Below, piece after piece: positions 41,085 to 43,880 of a stretch of DNA of 43,880 bases. Origin of the DNA: Burkholderiaceae bacterium (lineage in GTDB: Bacteria > Pseudomonadota > Gammaproteobacteria > Burkholderiales > Burkholderiaceae_C); NCBI GenBank assembly GCA_050725495.1, contig JBOHHM010000020.1, forward strand, positions 1 to 43,880, in the 5' to 3' direction. Position numbers and translations under genes: made by a program. The notes below the pieces were generated by a model, which saw only the letters and a program-made list of their open reading frames with translations, was not told the DNA's origin and did no database searches. Numbering within the stretch: the stretch's first letter is position 1; every line of letters starts with the position of its first letter.

Positions 41085-42031
41085 GGTGCGGTCTCCAGCA
41101 TGGTGGTGGTGGGCGTGATGTCGATCACGTCGCGGGTCGTTGCAACGGGCGCGCGCTTTCCGGTGGCCTCTTCGTAGCGTTGGCGCATGCTCCGTTGGTA
41201 CGGCGTTTCAACGGTCGTTGACGCTCCGTTGAACGGGCGTTGAACGGGCGTTGAACGGGCGTTGCGCAGCCAATTGCGCCAGGTTGCTTGCCAGTCGAGC
41301 TTGCAGCCATCGCGGCCCGGCTTGGCCCGCCAGTGGTCGCGGAACTTGGCCAGCTCCACGGCCACATCCACGCCCGGCGCGGCCTGCGCAGCGCTGTCGG
41401 GGTCGGGCTGCCAGTCTTCCGGCAGGCGCGTTCCGCGCAGTGGCTTGGCTGTTTTCGCTGGAGACGGCTGTTCGGCGGCTTCGGGGTTCTCCTGCTTTTC
41501 CTGATCTGTTGCAGAAAAACCACCACTTGCGTTTTCTTTGCCAACACCGTCAGGTGTTGGTTTCTTTGTTTGGTTCTGGTTCTGGTTCTGGTTGGTTGAA
41601 CGGAAATCCAACGGGCGTTCAACGGTCGTTGGATTTCCGTTCAACACAAAGTCAACGGTCGTTGAATCTTGCTGCTGTGAAGTCGCGGCACCCGAAACCC
41701 GCCCCGTCGAGCGACGTTCAGCGCTGGCCTTCCCTGCGCGTGAAGCCTGCTCCAACTGGGACCGATAACGTGCAATCTCCGCATCGCACCTGGCGTTGTG
41801 CCAGCCATCCTCATCCAGCCTGAAGAACTCGTGCAGCACGATATCCAGTGCCTCCCGCTCTTCATCGGACCTTGCCAGCACCAGCCGCGCCACCTTGTCG
41901 AACTCCGTGGGCAGCGGCGCTTCTCGGTCGTAGTACAGATCGATGCAGTCGCTGTAGAGCGACCGCTCCACGCGCGTCAGGTGACGCGTGGCGTTGTTGA
42001 AGTCGCCGATGTGGCGCGGGTAGTGGTTCAA
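41081..42031 (-). CDS. Replication initiator, N-terminal DUF1376 (YdaU-like) domain
   Basis: MNHYPRHIGDFNNATRHLTRVERSLYSDCIDLYYDREAPLP...WHNARCDAEI, a low-complexity linker (NQNQNQNQ), and a C-terminal domain WQATWRNWLRNA. Confidence 0.75.
   Translation of the reverse strand: MNHYPRHIGDFNNATRHLTRVERSLYSDCIDLYYDREAPLPTEFDKVARLVLARSDEEREALDIVLHEFFRLDEDGWHNARCDAEIARYRSQLEQASRAGKASAERRSTGRVSGAATSQQQDSTTVDFVLNGNPTTVERPLDFRSTNQNQNQNQTKKPTPDGVGKENASGGFSATDQEKQENPEAAEQPSPAKTAKPLRGTRLPEDWQPDPDSAAQAAPGVDVAVELAKFRDHWRAKPGRDGCKLDWQATWRNWLRNARSTPVQRPFNGASTTVETPYQRSMRQRYEEATGKRAPVATTRDVIDITPTTTMLETAP
41191..41270. repeat. Iteron cluster 1 inside the initiator gene
   Basis: CAACGGTCGTTG at 41209-41220, then three perfect 11-bp tandem units CGTTGAACGGG at 41227-41259, plus partial flanking copies. 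Confidence 0.8.
41572..41668. repeat. Iteron cluster 2: GGTTCT x3, an 18-bp perfect inverted repeat, and two more CAACGGTCGTTG boxes
   Basis: GGTTCT x3 at 41572-41589; TTGAACGGAAATCCAACG at 41596-41613 with its exact complement at 41627-41644; CAACGGTCGTTG at 41620-41631 and 41653-41664. Confidence 0.8.
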
Positions 42032-42354
42032 CGGAACAGCCCCGCCTGGTGCGCCGGCACGATCACCGGCCTGATCTGGATCCGGCTGCGCGAGCAGGGC
42101 CGCCGCTCGTCGAGGCGGGCAAGATATCCGGCTCCGATCAGCTCCGAGACGCGGCCGCTGATGTTGCCCTCGTCGATGCGCTTGCTGTACAGGCGCTCGT
42201 AGGCGTCGCGGATCTCCAGCAGGCTCATATTCGGCGCGCCATTGCGCTGGGCCCCAAGCACGATATCGAACAGGGCCTGCTTGAGCGGCGACAGCTTGAC
42301 GCGCTTATGCGCCGGCGTGCTCGTCACGGTGGCGTCGGTCAGCGCCGTGCTCAT
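42028..42354 (-). CDS. Hypothetical DNA-binding (winged-helix-like) early protein
   Basis: 108 aa; MSLLEIRDAYERLYSKRIDEGNISGRVSELIGAGYLARL has a wHTH-like pattern. Coupled to its neighbours. Confidence 0.4.
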   Translation of the reverse strand: MSTALTDATVTSTPAHKRVKLSPLKQALFDIVLGAQRNGAPNMSLLEIRDAYERLYSKRIDEGNISGRVSELIGAGYLARLDERRPCSRSRIQIRPVIVPAHQAGLFR

Positions 42355-42761
42355 GCCGCCACCTTCAACACCCGCTCGGCCTGCGGCTGCAGCGGCTGCA
42401 ACTGCTGCAGCCGCGCCGCCATGGCCGCCATCTGCTTGGTGGCCTCGACGAATTGGCGCTGCAGCTCGGCCACCTCGTCGCGCGGCTCCACCGGAATAGG
42501 CGGCGCATAACCCAGCGCGTGGGCCATATAGGCCATGCCAGCATGGCAGCCGACTTCACGCGCCAGACGGCAGATCAGCAGCATCTGCTCGGGCTTGAGG
42601 TGCTCGGCGCGGCCCTCCTGCAGGCAGTTAAGCAGGTGGCGCTGGGCTGCGTCGACCAGCTTTTCCGGAAACAGCTTGTGGCCCACCAGCTTGGAGCCAC
42701 CGGCCGCCTTCACGCACTCGATCAGCGCGTCGTTCAGGCTCTCGGGCATCAGTTCAGTCAT
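42351..42761 (-). CDS. First gene of the early leftward operon, regulatory-protein-like
   Basis: 136 aa; GGSKLVGHKLFPEKLVDAAQRHLLNCLQEGRAEHLKPEQMLLICRLAREVGCH. Position and pattern suggest an early regulator of unknown family. Confidence 0.4.
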   Translation of the reverse strand: MTELMPESLNDALIECVKAAGGSKLVGHKLFPEKLVDAAQRHLLNCLQEGRAEHLKPEQMLLICRLAREVGCHAGMAYMAHALGYAPPIPVEPRDEVAELQRQFVEATKQMAAMAARLQQLQPLQPQAERVLKVAA

Positions 42762-42998
42762 TGTTCCAACCCCTTACGAAAATTTCGGACCCGTTCGGAA
42801 GGACCGCATGCGGGCAAAAAAAAGACACTGGCCGCATGCAAAGAAGAAAAAACCCCGCCGGCCGCACCCACGCCTTTCGAGCGCTGAGGAGACGTAGTCA
42901 TTCGGGCGCGGCCACCGCTGCGAGCGGCCCAATGGCGGGAAAAGCTGCCGGGCTGACTGCGCCCCGGCAACTGCGAAGGCGGGATCCCGCTGCCAATA

Positions 42999-43043
42999 GA
43001 GAATGGAGATCTCACTCAACCATTCCTTTCAACAGGGGACCCC
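42999..43043 (+). promoter_or_regulatory. Conserved 45-nt leader, copy A
   Basis: GAGAATGGAGATCTCACTCAACCATTCCTTTCAACAGGGGACCCC, immediately before ATG 43044. Confidence 0.6.
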
Positions 43044-43394
43044 ATGACAGAATTCACCAGCCAATGGCTGATTCCGACGATCACCAACTTGATCGCCGCG
43101 CTACTCATCTGGCTCATTGGCCAGGCGCTTTCACGAGCGAGGGTCTCCGCGAGCATCGTGAAAGGCGTGGCCAGCAGCGCCACCAGGAAAATGCTGCCCA
43201 CCGTCTTGAGCGCGGCGCAGTACACCTTCGTCTTCTGGTTCTTCATCACACAACTACGCTCGCTCATCGAGCAGCCCGGGCCACCCTCGCGGGCCGACAC
43301 GGCGCTGATCGCCTTCTGGACATGCTGGGCCGTACTGATGTTCGTACGGGTGCTGGCAGGCCGGCCGCTGTCCATCGGCAATGCGTCGGATTGA
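43044..43394 (+). CDS. Small integral membrane protein, 116 aa
   Basis: About 3 hydrophobic helices (WLIPTITNLIAALLIWLIGQAL; YTFVFWFFITQL; ALIAFWTCWAVLMFVRVLA). Third-position GC favours the plus strand over the antisense ORF 43016..43711. Confidence 0.5.
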   Translation: MTEFTSQWLIPTITNLIAALLIWLIGQALSRARVSASIVKGVASSATRKMLPTVLSAAQYTFVFWFFITQLRSLIEQPGPPSRADTALIAFWTCWAVLMFVRVLAGRPLSIGNASD

Positions 43395-43427
43395 TTCACG
43401 GAATAGGGCGAGCGCCCACGGTCAGCG

Positions 43428-43472
43428 GAGAATGGAGTTCTCACACAACCGTTGCCACTGAAAGGGGCGCTC
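43428..43472 (+). promoter_or_regulatory. Conserved 45-nt leader, copy B
   Basis: GAGAATGGAGTTCTCACACAACCGTTGCCACTGAAAGGGGCGCTC, immediately before ATG 43473. 32/45 positions are identical to copy A and the spacing to the ATG is the same. Confidence 0.6.
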
Positions 43473-43847
43473 ATGAAACCGAGCCGCGACAAAACCACGG
43501 CCTTGCTAAAAATTGCTTCCGGCCTCGATGCCGACAGCCTGGAAGACCTCATCAGCCAGCTGGCGTTGCTGCGCTCAGACATGACGCCACCAGTCCCGCA
43601 CAGCCGCCCCGATCCGACGCAGAAACCGGACAAGCACGTGACCATCGAAGACGATCCAGCCATGACCGCCGTGCGCCTCAAGGACGGACGCATCCGGCTG
43701 TGGGCGCGCAACCGCGGAACAGGGTGGATGGCCTACAACATGGCCACCCGCGACGCCTGCGCGTTGCGGGACTACCTGAGCATCCACCTGCCCGAAACCG
43801 GCAAGCCCCCCAGCCTCTTCAGCGACGGCGACGGACAAACGCACTGA
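43473..43847 (+). CDS. Hypothetical protein, 124 aa
   Basis: MKPSRDKTTALLKIASGLDADSLEDLISQLALLRSD...; high third-position GC on the plus strand, no recognisable motif. ATG 43473 is preferred over TTG 43452. Confidence 0.5.
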   Translation: MKPSRDKTTALLKIASGLDADSLEDLISQLALLRSDMTPPVPHSRPDPTQKPDKHVTIEDDPAMTAVRLKDGRIRLWARNRGTGWMAYNMATRDACALRDYLSIHLPETGKPPSLFSDGDGQTH

Positions 43848-43880
43848 TCGAGTCATCACGCCCCCTCCTTCGCGTCGGGG

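Larger units (their letters stand above)
15133..43880. mobile_element. Prophage, lambda-like siphovirus (GpA terminase, gpW, lambda portal; RcGTA-like distal tail). The right end, with the integrase, lies beyond the window
   Basis: A continuous block of phage lysis, tail, head, packaging, replication and early genes starts directly at a truncated tRNA. Host housekeeping genes lie only to the left. Confidence 0.9.

Noticed and set aside
41572-41592. GGTTCT hexamer run as a possible CRISPR or VNTR
   Set aside because: There are only 3 units with no spacers. It encodes the NQNQNQ low-complexity linker of the initiator and is better explained as part of the ori/linker region.
43016-43711. 231-aa minus-strand ORF covering both right-end genes
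   Set aside because: It is Ser/Arg-rich, has a poor codon signal and no RBS. The plus-strand ORFs have better third-position GC, hydrophobic helices and conserved leaders ending at their ATGs.
43848-43880. Strong SD-like GAAGGAGG followed by GTGATG on the minus strand at the window edge (ORF 43575..43859)
   Set aside because: The minus-strand frame has mediocre third-position GC and overlaps the plus-strand 124-aa ORF, which has a much better codon signal. It is probably fortuitous, but the region is truncated by the window end.

Overview
This is a high-GC chromosome segment; the gene order and codon bias look betaproteobacterial or Comamonadaceae-like, but the taxon is inference. It has two parts. 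Positions 1-15084 carry host genes: aceE (5' part), a PAS sensor kinase with a FixJ/LuxR response regulator, folD (interrupted by an in-frame TAG), prlC, a DUF4124/glutaredoxin-like protein, rpiA, pyrD, an FAD oxidoreductase, a histone-deacetylase-family amidohydrolase, a decayed sensor gene, an N-formylglutamate amidohydrolase and an SDR. At 15085-15132 only the 3' part of a tRNA is present (anticodon loop reads CAC, Val-like). From there to the window end (at least 28.7 kb) lies a lambda-like siphovirus prophage, almost entirely on the minus strand. From right to left it carries early regulators, a DUF1376 initiator with internal iterons, a P-like loader, a PLD/HKD-like protein, TerS, GpA-type TerL, gpW, a lambda-type portal and a protease-capsid fusion. 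These are followed by connectors, the tail tube, G/G-T chaperones with an A_AAA_AAC slippery site, the tape measure, RcGTA-like distal tail genes, a tail fibre and a holin-endolysin-spanin cassette. Integrase and repressor are not in the window. The points most worth a second look are: (1) plus-strand accessory cassettes at both prophage ends, one with a near-consensus sigma70 promoter whose spacer is a perfect palindrome and the other with a duplicated 45-nt leader; (2) a Mor-like regulator and a 5-gene insertion inside the head module, each next to a conserved inverted-repeat element; (3) a PLD-like gene overlapping terS; (4) two genes with in-frame stops; (5) a recurring GCTA-N10-TAGC motif. 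I saw no CRISPR array, rRNA, IS element or integrase. All functional calls come from my own reading of the translations and motifs; nothing was checked against a database.
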